This document shows positions 30,825-40,543 of a DNA stretch of 64,000 bases, in pieces; position 1 is the stretch's first letter, and each line of letters opens with the position of its first letter. The DNA is taken from NCBI GenBank assembly GCA_963804645.1, contig CAWDRG010000010.1, positions 64,001 through 128,000 on the forward strand, read 5' to 3'. The translations under genes were made by a program, and so were the position numbers. Below the pieces are notes generated by a model. That model was given only the letters and a program-made list of their open reading frames with translations. It was not told the origin of the DNA and did no database searches. Origin of the DNA: an uncultured Bacillota bacterium. Its GTDB lineage: Bacteria > Sysuimicrobiota > Sysuimicrobiia > Sysuimicrobiales > Segetimicrobiaceae.

Positions 30825-31442
30825 GTGAAACAACGTACATGGTTTGGCCTGGCACTGGTAGCCGTGTTTGCGATCGGCGTGCTCGCCGCGCCCGCGCTCG
30901 CCGATCCCACGGTGACCGGCGATCCGAGCGCGTGGGCGGACCTCAAAGCCGCGTGGATGAAGCTCTACTCGCTCCCGGGGTTTCGCGCCAAGGTGACGAC
31001 CCAGAACGGCACGGACATTGTGATGGAGTTCGTTCCCCCGGACTCGATGCACATGACCGCGCAGACCCAGGCCGGCCCGATGGAGATGATCAAGGTCGGC
31101 CAGAAGACGGCGATGAAGCTCGGCATGGCGGGCGCGCCGGCCGGATGGCAGTGCCGGGACATCCCCCAACCCACGACCATGCCGGACCTGAATAACGTCC
31201 AGGGAGCGATCAATATCACCCGGGAACCAGATACGAACGTCAACAACACGCCCGTCCACGCGTTTCTCTACAGCGCGACCACGCCCGGATCGCAGACGAC
31301 CAACAAGGGCACCTGGTACATCGGCATCCAGACCGGCCTGCCCGTGCGGTTCCTCATTGATGGAGGACCGGGGAACCAGAGCACCATCGACTACTACGAC
31401 TACGGCGCGGCGATCACGATCACGATGCCCCCCTGCGGGTGA
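30825..31442 (+). CDS. Secreted hypothetical protein (possibly LolA/LppX-like fold)
   Basis: Sec signal ending ALA-D, EFVPPD, WYIG..TGLP and IDYYDYGAAITITMP. GGAGGG RBS. Confidence 0.65.
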   Translation: MKQRTWFGLALVAVFAIGVLAAPALADPTVTGDPSAWADLKAAWMKLYSLPGFRAKVTTQNGTDIVMEFVPPDSMHMTAQTQAGPMEMIKVGQKTAMKLGMAGAPAGWQCRDIPQPTTMPDLNNVQGAINITREPDTNVNNTPVHAFLYSATTPGSQTTNKGTWYIGIQTGLPVRFLIDGGPGNQSTIDYYDYGAAITITMPPCG

Positions 31443-32387
31443 ACGTCAGGCACGGAGCCGCGGCATCGACCACCGCGGGCACGCTCGGTTCGACCACTGA
31501 TCCAGCGCGGCACGCGCGCCTCTCGGGCCGCCGACGCCGGCGGCGCGCCTCCGGGGCGCTGAGCGTCTTCCTCGCCCTCTGCCTCGCCGTCTCGACGATC
31601 CCGTCCGCGGCCGCCCCGCGCGCCCGGGACCCTCGCCGCGTTTCGGACGCTCGACCCGCTCCTCGACGGTCTCGTGCCGGCAACACTCTACCGGCCCGCG
31701 GGCGTCGGCCCGTTTCCCGGCGTCGTGCTGCTCCACGGCTGCGGCGGCCTCGGCCCGTCGATCTACGCGTGGGGGCGATGGCTGCAGGCCGCGGGATACG
31801 AGGCGCTCGTCGTCAACAGCATGGCCCCGCGCTCCGTGAAGACCGTGTGCGTCGTCGGCGGACATCCGACGGACCGCGACCAGGCGCTCGACGCGTTCGG
31901 AGCCCTCGAGTATCTGCGCACGCTGCCGGAGATCGACCCGCACCGCGCCGCCGTGATCGGGTGGTCGCACGGCGGGGGCGCCGCGCTCGAGATCGCCGGC
32001 GCCGCGTTCGTCGCGTCGGCGCTGCCCGCCGGCGGCGGGTTCCAGGCGGTGATCGCGTTCTATCCGGCGTGCACGCTCCTGCCGCGGCGCGGCTTCTCCG
32101 CGCCGACGCTGATCCTCATCGGGAGCGACGACGACTGGTCTCCGCCGCAGTCCTGCGAGGCGGGCGTGCCGCCGCTGCAGGCCGCGGGCGCGCCGCTCGA
32201 GTGGCACCTCTACCCGAACGCGACGCACGCCTTCGACACGCCGGGAAGCAGCCGGGTGCTGCACATCTCGGGACGGAGCTTCACGCTGCGCTACGACGCG
32301 CAGGCCGCGGCGGACGCGCACACGCGCGTCGCCGCGTTTCTCGCACAGCACCTCGCCGCCCCGCGGCCTAGGCGAAGCGCGCCGTGA
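31439..32387 (+). CDS. Dienelactone hydrolase family alpha/beta hydrolase, probably secreted (frameshift near 31620; start uncertain)
   Basis: GPFPGVVLLHGCGG, GWSHGG nucleophile motif, GSDDDW and YPNATHAFD. The signal-like segment lies in the upstream frame. Confidence 0.8.
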
Positions 32388-33933
32388 TGTAATCGGCCGC
32401 GCGAATCGCGAGCGCGACCATCGTCAGCGTCGGGTTGACGGCCCCCGGCCCCACGAACGCGCTCCCGCCCAGGACGAACAGGTTGGGGACGCCGTGCACG
32501 GCGCCCTGCGCGTCCACGACGCTGTCGCGCGGGCCGAGGCCCATGCGGCACGTCCCCATGTGGTGGGCGCCGGAATACACGCTCTCGATCGGCTCCAGAT
32601 CCGCCCCGACGGCGTGCGTGGCGGCGGCGACGCGGTCGAACAGGCCGGCCCCGAACCGGTACGTCTCGCGATCGAACGCGCTCAGTGCATACTCCACGTG
32701 CGCGTACGGATCCCCGAAGCGGTCGCGGGCCCGGGACAGCGTGACGGCGCTCGCGGGGGCCGGGGCGGCCTCCGAGTGGAGCGTCAGCATCCGCTGCGCG
32801 CGCGCCGGCCGGAGAATCTCGAGGATCTCGCCGCCCGTCGCCGCTCCCTCGAGCGGCCGCTCCGGCGGGGGCACGATGTTTGAGGAGAACTCGATCTTGA
32901 CGCCCCCGTGTCGGCCGCGGCCGGGCGGATCGAGGAACTGTTCGCTCTGCCCCGTGAACCGGCCGATCTCGCCCGGAAGGAACTCCTCGCCGTACGTGAG
33001 GCGCCCCGTCCAGAGATGGTGGAACGTGAGGTGCCTGCCGACGTGCTCGCTGAGCGGCACGCCGTCCGCCGCCCGCGCGCGCGAGGAGAGCAGCAGCAGG
33101 CGCGCGTTCTCGATCGTCCCGCCCGCCACGACGATCACCTGGGCCGGATGCTCGATCTCCGCGCCGCCGTCGTTCGGCCGGACGACGAGCGCGCGGGCGC
33201 GCCCGGTCCGGTCCGCGACGATGCGCCGGACGGACGTGTCGGGGTGCAGCGTGCACGCGCCGTCCGCCACGGTCCGCAGCAGGTGATAGTGTGGCGAGTA
33301 GCGGGCGCCGATCGGACAGACGTCGCAGGCGCCGAAGTTCTCGCAGGCCGGGCGGTCGCCGTACGGACCCCGCGTCGCCGCCTGCGGCGTGGTGTGGAGC
33401 GTGATCCCGCGGGCCGCCAGCCTGGCGGCGAGGCGCCGGTCGCCGTAGCTCAGCGCGAACGGCGGCAGCGGGTATGGACGGGACCGGCGCGCCGCGAAGG
33501 GATTGTCGGCGTCGGTCCCCGACACGCCGAGCAGCGCCTCCGCCCGGCAGTAGTACGGCTCCAGCTCATCGTAACCGAACGGCCAGTCCGCGCCGAACCC
33601 GTACCGGGTGCGCGTGCGGAAGTCGTTCGGGCGGAGCCTCGGGGTGATGGCGCCCCAGTGCGTCGCCGAGCCCCCCACGATCATGTGCCGCTCGCCGTTG
33701 AGATCGCGATGATACCCGCCGGAGAGCGTCAGCCCCTGCAGATCGGCCGGCGCGTCGTACGCGGGGTTGTCGTACCCGTGCAGGAACCGATCCTGAAACT
33801 GCGGCGCGTGCGGGTACGGATAGGGGCCGCCCTTTTCGAACACGTCGACGCGGTACCCGCGGGCCGCCAGGAAATGCGCCACGGCGGTCCCCACGATCCC
33901 CGACCCAACGATCGCGACACGCGTCTGCGGCAT
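32368..33933 (-). CDS. GMC family flavoprotein oxidoreductase
   Basis: IVGSGIVG, VGGSATHW, Cys cluster CENFGACDVCPIGA, HHMGTCRMG and NPTLT. Confidence 0.9.
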   Translation of the reverse strand: MPQTRVAIVGSGIVGTAVAHFLAARGYRVDVFEKGGPYPYPHAPQFQDRFLHGYDNPAYDAPADLQGLTLSGGYHRDLNGERHMIVGGSATHWGAITPRLRPNDFRTRTRYGFGADWPFGYDELEPYYCRAEALLGVSGTDADNPFAARRSRPYPLPPFALSYGDRRLAARLAARGITLHTTPQAATRGPYGDRPACENFGACDVCPIGARYSPHYHLLRTVADGACTLHPDTSVRRIVADRTGRARALVVRPNDGGAEIEHPAQVIVVAGGTIENARLLLLSSRARAADGVPLSEHVGRHLTFHHLWTGRLTYGEEFLPGEIGRFTGQSEQFLDPPGRGRHGGVKIEFSSNIVPPPERPLEGAATGGEILEILRPARAQRMLTLHSEAAPAPASAVTLSRARDRFGDPYAHVEYALSAFDRETYRFGAGLFDRVAAATHAVGADLEPIESVYSGAHHMGTCRMGLGPRDSVVDAQGAVHGVPNLFVLGGSAFVGPGAVNPTLTMVALAIRAADYITARFA

Positions 33934-33968
33934 GCTGTCGTCTCGTGCGCGCCGAAGCGGGACGCGCG

Positions 33969-34553
33969 CTACGCGGGCGTCCGCCGGTACCGGTCGAGCC
34001 CGCGCGGCTCTCCCGGCCAGCCGCGATAGCCGAGCGCGGTCCACGCGTCGGTACGGGCAAACAGCGCCAGCGCCTCGTCGAGGATGTACCGACGATACGA
34101 CGGCCAGGGACTGCCGCTGAGCGCCGTCCGCACCCCGTCCCAGACGTCCTCGGATCCAGGCGTGCGACCCGCGGGGACGAGCACGGCCCGCCTGACGGAT
34201 GCCGGGCTGTCGGCAAATTCCCGCCCGCCCGCCGCGCGGGCGCCGCGGTCCACGTCGCGCACGAATGCCTCGTACAGCGCGTGATATCCGCGGAGATGCG
34301 CGGCGCGCCAGCGGTAGTACTCGAGGTAGTGCGCGGGATCGATCGGCACGCCGATCACCGTCTCCGACGCCGCCACCAGGGCCGCCGCGGCGGCGGCGGA
34401 GAGCGGCGCGGGCTCGGCGTCGGCGAGCGCCGGGTTGGCGCGCGCGCGCCCGAGTCCCGTGGAACCGCCGATGCGCCACGCGCCCCACGATGCCGCGGCC
34501 CCGGCGGCCGCGAGGACCATCCAGAGAAGCCGCCGTCGCGACCACCGCATCAT
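33969..34553 (-). CDS. Tat-signal small partner subunit (gluconate 2-dehydrogenase subunit 3-like)
   Basis: SRRRLL plus an h-region, and C-terminal AWTALGYRGWPG. Lies directly upstream of the GMC gene. Confidence 0.65.
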   Translation of the reverse strand: MMRWSRRRLLWMVLAAAGAAASWGAWRIGGSTGLGRARANPALADAEPAPLSAAAAAALVAASETVIGVPIDPAHYLEYYRWRAAHLRGYHALYEAFVRDVDRGARAAGGREFADSPASVRRAVLVPAGRTPGSEDVWDGVRTALSGSPWPSYRRYILDEALALFARTDAWTALGYRGWPGEPRGLDRYRRTPA

Positions 34554-34648
34554 CCGCCTCCGGTGCCCGATGTCCCGTCCCACGCGCCGCCGCACCACGG
34601 GCATCGTACCACGCGGAGGCGGCGCGCTGAGATGCGCGGGCGCCGCGG

Positions 34649-34709
34649 TTGACGCTGTTTGCGCCTCGTGGGTATAATCGGATGCACCCGTTTTAGTCTC
34701 TACTAAAAC
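34649..34709 (+). promoter_or_regulatory. Sigma70 promoter (TTGACG-N18-TATAAT) and palindromic MntR/DtxR-type operator
   Basis: -35 at 34649-34654 and -10 at 34673-34678. Perfect inverted repeat GTTTTAGT-ctct-ACTAAAAC at 34690-34709. Confidence 0.8.
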
Positions 34710-34734
34710 AACTTTGTGCCTTGGAAGGCGTGGA

Positions 34735-35406
34735 ATGTCGGTCGTCACCGGCGTGATGCAAGATTATCTCAAGACGATCTACAAGCTGCAGCGGGACCGC
34801 GGCGCCGTGTCGACGTCGGAGGTCGCCGACCGCCTGCACGTGTCCCCGGCGTCGGCGACGAACATGATCAAGCGCCTCGCCCGGCTGCGGCTCGTCTCGT
34901 ACACGCGCTACCACGGGTTCGTGCTCGCCCCCGCGGGACAGCGCATCGCGCTCGAAACGATCCGCCACCACCGGCTGCTCGAGCTGTATTTGGCGGAGCA
35001 TCTGGGCGTCGGCCTGGACAAGGTCGACAGCGAGGCGGAACGGTTGGAGCACGTCCTGTCCGAGGACGTCGAGGCCCGGATTGCGACCACGCTCGGCAAC
35101 CCGACGCGGGACCCGCACGGCGATCCGATTCCGGCGGCGGACGGCACGATCCGCGACGTGCGGTATCCCAGCCTCGACACGCTCTCTCCGGGAGACAGCG
35201 CCCGCGTGGCGCGCGTGAGCGACCGCAGCCAGGCGCTGCTGCGGCGCCTGACCGCGCTCGGCCTGCGGCCGGGGGTGACGTTGAAGATGGTCGCGCGCCG
35301 CCCGAGCGGCTGCCGGATCGAGATCGCGGGACGCGAGGTCCGCGTGCCGCGCAGCCTGTGCGAAGGAGTGTTCATCGAGTGGACCGGCGTCCCGACCCCG
35401 TCTTGA
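34735..35406 (+). CDS. mntR: DtxR/MntR family metal-dependent repressor with a FeoA-like domain
   Basis: QDYLKTIY, IRHHRLLELYL, EAERLEH and DPHGDPIP. Confidence 0.9.
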   Translation: MSVVTGVMQDYLKTIYKLQRDRGAVSTSEVADRLHVSPASATNMIKRLARLRLVSYTRYHGFVLAPAGQRIALETIRHHRLLELYLAEHLGVGLDKVDSEAERLEHVLSEDVEARIATTLGNPTRDPHGDPIPAADGTIRDVRYPSLDTLSPGDSARVARVSDRSQALLRRLTALGLRPGVTLKMVARRPSGCRIEIAGREVRVPRSLCEGVFIEWTGVPTPS

Positions 35407-36692
35407 CGGAGCCCCTCCCCGGCGATGTCCGCACCGTCTCGGCGGCCCAGGATGTGCTCACCGGACGCAGCACGCGCCGCGGGCTGCTGCGGCTCCTGCC
35501 GTTTCTCGGGCCGGCGTTCATCGCGTCCGTCGCGTATATCGACCCCGGGAACTTCGCCACCAACATCCAGGGGGGCGCCCAGTTCGGCTACCGGCTCGTC
35601 TGGGTCGTCCTGGCCAGCAACCTCGTGGCCATGGTCGTGCAGACGCTCTCCGCGAAGCTCGGCATCGCCACCGGCCGCAACCTCGCCGAGATGTGCCGCG
35701 AGGAGTTCACCATGCCGGTCGTCTGGGGCATGTGGGGGCTGTCCGAGGTCGTCGCCATGGCGACGGACCTGGCCGAGTTCGTCGGGGCCGCGATCGGATT
35801 CAACCTGCTGCTGGGGATTCCGCTGCTGTGGGCGGCCCTGCTGACCGGCGTGACAACGATGATCATCCTCGCGCTCGAGCGGCGCGGCTTCCGCCCGCTG
35901 GAAGCGGTGATCACCGCCCTCGTGGGCGTCATCGCGGTATCGTACCTGCTCGAAACCATCCTGGACCGCCCCGACTGGCACGCGATCGGCCAGTCGGTGG
36001 CCCATCCGGTGCTGGGGGCCAGCGACTCGGTGCTGCTCGCCGTCGGCATCCTCGGAGCGACGGTCATGCCCCACGTCGTCTTCCTCCATTCCGCGCTGAC
36101 GCAGCGCCGCGTGACGACCGAGACGGACGCGCAGGCGCGCCAGCTGTTCAAGTTCGAGGTCTTCGACGTGGTGATCGCGATGACGCTCGCCGGCCTCGTG
36201 AACGCGGCGATGCTGGTGATGGCCGCGGCGACGTTCTGGGCGCACGGGCTGACGAAGATCGCCACGATCGAGGAATCCTATCGGACCCTCGCCCCCCTCT
36301 TAGGACACGCCAGCAGCTTCGTGTTCGCCATCTCCCTGCTCGCGTCCGGCCTCTCCTCCTCCGCGGTCGGCACGATGGCCGGCCAGATCATCATGCAGGG
36401 CTTTATCCGCCGGCAGATCTCGATCTGGGTGCGGCGCCTGGTCACGATGATCCCCGCGGTCGTCGTCATCGCGATCGGTCTGGACCCGACGCGCACCCTC
36501 GTCATCAGCCAGGTCATCCTGAGCTTCGGGCTCCCGTTCGCGCTCATCCCGCTGGTGATCTTCACGCAACGCCGGCGGCTGATGGGCACGCTCACGAATG
36601 CGAGGCCGACCACCGTGGTGGCGTGGCTGGTCGTGGGCATGATCGTCGCGCTCAACATCTACCTCCTCTACACGACCTTCACCGGGGGATAG
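35403..36692 (+). CDS. mntH: NRAMP divalent metal (Mn2+) transporter
   Basis: YIDPGN, GATVMPH and GTMAGQ. The TTG start overlaps the mntR stop. Confidence 0.93.
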   Translation: MTEPLPGDVRTVSAAQDVLTGRSTRRGLLRLLPFLGPAFIASVAYIDPGNFATNIQGGAQFGYRLVWVVLASNLVAMVVQTLSAKLGIATGRNLAEMCREEFTMPVVWGMWGLSEVVAMATDLAEFVGAAIGFNLLLGIPLLWAALLTGVTTMIILALERRGFRPLEAVITALVGVIAVSYLLETILDRPDWHAIGQSVAHPVLGASDSVLLAVGILGATVMPHVVFLHSALTQRRVTTETDAQARQLFKFEVFDVVIAMTLAGLVNAAMLVMAAATFWAHGLTKIATIEESYRTLAPLLGHASSFVFAISLLASGLSSSAVGTMAGQIIMQGFIRRQISIWVRRLVTMIPAVVVIAIGLDPTRTLVISQVILSFGLPFALIPLVIFTQRRRLMGTLTNARPTTVVAWLVVGMIVALNIYLLYTTFTGG

Positions 36693-36990
36693 CGCCGGCG
36701 CCCGCCGGGGCGCGGGGCCGCTGCGTGCGGCCGCCCCCGGGGCGTGCCCGGCTCCACGCCGTCGCACGCGCGGCGCCTCCTCGACGGCGTCCCGGCGGTG
36801 GAAGGATTGCGGTCATCGCGAAGACAATGGATGTAGCAGTGTCCGAACATCCCACCCTTCCGTGCCGAAGGGCGCGCGTACAGGAGCGCGTCTGTTCACC
36901 GCGTACGTCATGCGCGATGCCGTCCGGCATGACCGATCGCCGGCCGAGTCCGCTGCGCGCACCGGGCGCCGCGCCGGCGGAGCGGCCGCG

Positions 36991-38049
36991 ATGAGCCGCG
37001 CGCCGGTGCTGGCGGCGCTCGACCGGCTGCCCCGGTTCGCGCTCGCGGCGCTGCCGACGCCCCTTGAGCGCGCGGCCAACCTCTCGCGCGCGCTCGGCGT
37101 CGAGCTCTGGATCAAGCGCGACGACCTCACGGGCCTGGCCCTCGGCGGCAACAAAGTCCGCAAACTCGAGTACCTCGTCGGGGACGCGCTCGCCCACGGC
37201 GCAACGTCGCTCCTGACCACGGCCGCGGCCCAGTCGAACTTCTGCCGCGTGACCGCCGCGGCGGGCGCGCGCGCCGGCCTCCGCGTCCACCTGCTCCTGC
37301 GCGGCACCGGCGCCGAGCCCGTCCAGGGCAACCTGCTCCTCGACCACCTCCTGGGGGCGGACATCCGGTTCACCGACGACATGGATCCCTACTCCGAGGG
37401 GACGAAGCGCCGCCTCGAGACGTGGGCCGACGAGGACCGTGCCGGGGGCGGCGTGCCGTACATCCTGTACATCCACGGCGGCTCGCACGTCGGCGCGCTC
37501 GCGACCGCGGCCTACGTCCAGGCCGCGGTCGAGCTGGACGGGCAGTGCCGCGCCGCCGGGATCCGCCCCGACCATCTCTACGTCGCGGTGGGATCCGGCA
37601 GCACGCTCGCGGGCCTGCTCGTGGGGGCGCGCGGCCCTGCCGAGGGGCTCGCGCGGACGCGGATCCGCGGGGTCTGCGTCAGCGCGCTCTCGAACGTCGT
37701 GGGCGAGAAAGTCCGCGAGTTTGCCGAGACCGCCGCGGCGCTGCTGGGGGCCGCGGTGCCGGCAGAGGCGCCGGACCTCGACGACGGCGAGCGCGGCCCG
37801 GGGTACGGCGTCCCCACCCCCGCCGCGCTGGAGGCGATTCACACGGCGGCCGCACGAGAAGCGCTCGTCCTGAACCCGGTGTACACCGGCAAGACGTTCG
37901 CGGGGTTGCTCCACGACATCGCGCGCGGCGTGGTCGCGAGGGGCAGCACCGTGATCTTCATGAACACCGGCGGCGATCCGCTGATCTTCGCGCACGCGGA
38001 GCGCCTCGCGGCGGAGCCCGCCGGCGCCGCACAGACTGCGAGGGGGTGA
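36991..38049 (+). CDS. Second D-cysteine desulfhydrase family PLP enzyme
   Basis: KRDDLTGLALGGNKVRKLE, QSNF, LNPVYTGK and NTGG. Confidence 0.87.
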   Translation: MSRAPVLAALDRLPRFALAALPTPLERAANLSRALGVELWIKRDDLTGLALGGNKVRKLEYLVGDALAHGATSLLTTAAAQSNFCRVTAAAGARAGLRVHLLLRGTGAEPVQGNLLLDHLLGADIRFTDDMDPYSEGTKRRLETWADEDRAGGGVPYILYIHGGSHVGALATAAYVQAAVELDGQCRAAGIRPDHLYVAVGSGSTLAGLLVGARGPAEGLARTRIRGVCVSALSNVVGEKVREFAETAAALLGAAVPAEAPDLDDGERGPGYGVPTPAALEAIHTAAAREALVLNPVYTGKTFAGLLHDIARGVVARGSTVIFMNTGGDPLIFAHAERLAAEPAGAAQTARG

Positions 38050-38053
38050 GGGA

Positions 38054-39607
38054 ATGACGGAAGACACGAGGACCGCACGAGGACGGCTGACCCGCCGGCA
38101 GGTGCTCGGGGGCGCGCTCGCGACCGCAGGCGCCGCGGCCGGGGGAGTCCTGCTGGGGGCGCCGGAGGCGCGCGCGGCCGCCGCCGCACCCGCCGGGGAG
38201 CTGCACGTGTCGCTGCCCGCGGAGATCGTGTCGCTCGACCCCATGGGAGCGTCGGCGGCGGAGGAGTCGGTCCGGATCGTCGCCGCACACATCTTCGACA
38301 CCCTCGTGGTGCGCAATACGCGGACGCGGGGATTCACGCCGGGGCTCGCGACGAAGTGGGAGACACCTGATCCCAATACGTGGGTGTTCACTCTGCGGTC
38401 CGGCGTCAAGTTCCACGACGGGACGCCGCTGACGTCGCGGGACGTGAAGGCGTCGGTCGATCGCATGATCGCGCAGCCGGGGCCGCTCGCGCCGCTGTGG
38501 ACCGCGGTCGCCGGCACCGACGCCCCGAGCGACACCACCGTGCGGATCCGCACCAAGACACCGCTCGGGACGATGCCGGCGAACCTCTCGCTCACGTCGA
38601 TCCTCCCGGCGGACAAGATGAACACGGCCGGGTTCTTCAACAAGCCGATCGGGTCCGGCCCGTTCAGCGTCAGTGCATACCGGCCCCAGGGCGATCTGGT
38701 GCTGGCGGCCAACACCGCGTACTGGGGAACGCCGCCGGGGGTCAAAACGCTGACGTTCCGGGACATTCCGGAAGTCGCATCCCGCGTCACGGCGCTCATC
38801 AACGGTGAGATCGATCTGACCTACGCCCTGCCGCCGGACCAGATCGCGTCGCTTCAGAGCAACAACACGCTCCGGATCCAGAGCACGCCGTCGTACCGCT
38901 ACTACTTCATCTGGATGAACATCAAGCGCGAACCGTTCACGGACGTGCGCGTCCGGCAGGCGCTGACCTACGCCGTCGACGTGCCGACGATCTTGAACAC
39001 GCTGCTCAAGGGCTCCGCGCAGCGGATGACCGCGCCGATCCCGTCCACCGTCTTCGGCTACGCGCCGCAGCGGCCGTACGCCTACGACCCCGCGAAGGCC
39101 AAGCAGCTGCTCGCCGCGGCCGGACACCCGAACGGGTTCGACGCGACGATGATCTGGAACCCGGACTCCGGCCCGCAGGACCGCGAGATCGCGCAGGCGC
39201 TCTTCTCATACTGGAACGCGGTGGGCGCGCGGATCAAGGACGGCCAAGCGGAACGGGCGCAGTGGCTCGACAAGCTGCTCAAACTCGACTGGGACATGGA
39301 CTTCCAGACGAACATCGTCGTGACCGGCGACGCCGACTTCGTCCTCCGGCGCCTGTACACGACCTCGGCCAACCGCATGGGCTATTCGAACCCCACGGTG
39401 GACCACGTGCTCGACCTGGCGGCGCAGTCGGCCGACCAGGACAAGCGGAAAGTGTACTACGGGCAGGTGTGCGAGATCATCTGGGACGACTCGGTCGGAC
39501 TGTATCCGTTCGAGCTGACCGCCACGTACGTCTCGCGCAAGGCCGTCCAGGGGTTTGTCCCGACGCCGTCCTCGCCGGTGTTCACGGCGGTGACCGTGCA
39601 GCGCTGA
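38054..39607 (+). CDS. ABC family-5 substrate-binding protein with a Tat signal
   Basis: LTRRQVL leader, SLDP, VKFHDGTPL and PIGSGPF. Confidence 0.9.
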   Translation: MTEDTRTARGRLTRRQVLGGALATAGAAAGGVLLGAPEARAAAAAPAGELHVSLPAEIVSLDPMGASAAEESVRIVAAHIFDTLVVRNTRTRGFTPGLATKWETPDPNTWVFTLRSGVKFHDGTPLTSRDVKASVDRMIAQPGPLAPLWTAVAGTDAPSDTTVRIRTKTPLGTMPANLSLTSILPADKMNTAGFFNKPIGSGPFSVSAYRPQGDLVLAANTAYWGTPPGVKTLTFRDIPEVASRVTALINGEIDLTYALPPDQIASLQSNNTLRIQSTPSYRYYFIWMNIKREPFTDVRVRQALTYAVDVPTILNTLLKGSAQRMTAPIPSTVFGYAPQRPYAYDPAKAKQLLAAAGHPNGFDATMIWNPDSGPQDREIAQALFSYWNAVGARIKDGQAERAQWLDKLLKLDWDMDFQTNIVVTGDADFVLRRLYTTSANRMGYSNPTVDHVLDLAAQSADQDKRKVYYGQVCEIIWDDSVGLYPFELTATYVSRKAVQGFVPTPSSPVFTAVTVQR

Positions 39608-39622
39608 CGGGTCCCGGCCACC

Positions 39623-40543
39623 GTGGCACGGCACATCGCCAGGCGCCTCCTCTACTCGATCTTCGTCCTGTGGGGCGCGCTGACGATCGTGTTCGTGGCC
39701 GTGCGGGTGATCCCGGGGGACCCCGCGCAGATGATGATCGGCAGCTCGGGCACCCAGGCGGACGTGGCGCGGCTGCGTCACCGCCTCGGTCTGGACGCCC
39801 CGATCGGCGTCCAGTACGTGCGGTACCTCGCCGGCGCCGTCCGGCTTGATTTCGGTCAGTCGCTCGTCCTCGAGGAGCCGGCCGTGCAGGCCGTGAACGA
39901 GCGCCTCCCGGCGACCGGCCTGCTCGCGGCGACCGCGATGGCCCTCGGCGTGATCGTCGGGCTGCCGCTCGGGGTCATCGCCGCCCTGCGCCCGCGCTCG
40001 GCCGCGGACTACCTCGTGTCCGTGGCCTCGCTCGCCGGTCAGTCCGTCCCGAATTTCTGGCTCGGCATCATGTTCATCTTGGTCTTCGCCCGACAACTGC
40101 GGTGGCTGCCGAGTTCAGGCATGGGCGGCCTGTCGCACCTCGTCCTGCCGGCGGTGACGCTCGCGCTGCTGCTCGTCGGCGTGCTCACCCGGCTCGTCCG
40201 CAGCGGACTCGTCGAGGTCGCCCAGGAAGATTACATCCGCTCCGCGTACGCGAAGGGACTCGCGCGGACGTCCGTGCTCCGCAAGCACGCGCTGCCGAAC
40301 GTGATGATTCCCGTCGTCACCGTCGCGGGGCTGCAGCTCGGCAACCTGCTCGCGGGCGCTGTGATCGTCGAGACGGTCTTCGCGTGGCCGGGCGCCGGGC
40401 GGCTCTTGATCCAGGCGATCGGCAACCGCGACTACCCCGTCGTGCAGGTCGCGGTGCTGTTCATCACGATCTCGTTCATTGTCGTGAACCTGCTGGTGGA
40501 CGTGAGCTACGGGCTTCTCGACCCGCGGGTGCGGTATCAATGA
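39623..40543 (+). CDS. ABC permease, DppB-like
   Basis: PGDPA, PNFWLG, KHALPN and ETVFAWPG. Confidence 0.92.
   Translation: MARHIARRLLYSIFVLWGALTIVFVAVRVIPGDPAQMMIGSSGTQADVARLRHRLGLDAPIGVQYVRYLAGAVRLDFGQSLVLEEPAVQAVNERLPATGLLAATAMALGVIVGLPLGVIAALRPRSAADYLVSVASLAGQSVPNFWLGIMFILVFARQLRWLPSSGMGGLSHLVLPAVTLALLLVGVLTRLVRSGLVEVAQEDYIRSAYAKGLARTSVLRKHALPNVMIPVVTVAGLQLGNLLAGAVIVETVFAWPGAGRLLIQAIGNRDYPVVQVAVLFITISFIVVNLLVDVSYGLLDPRVRYQ

Noticed and set aside
36693..36990. Riboswitch or ncRNA in the 300-bp gap after mntH
   Set aside because: I could not recognise any conserved aptamer motif by eye. An Rfam/Infernal scan would be needed to exclude one.
20027..38049. ACC deaminase (acdS) for either PLP enzyme
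   Set aside because: Both have Thr at the two diagnostic positions (PVYT and xTGG) where true ACC deaminases have Glu and Leu (PVYE, HLGG).
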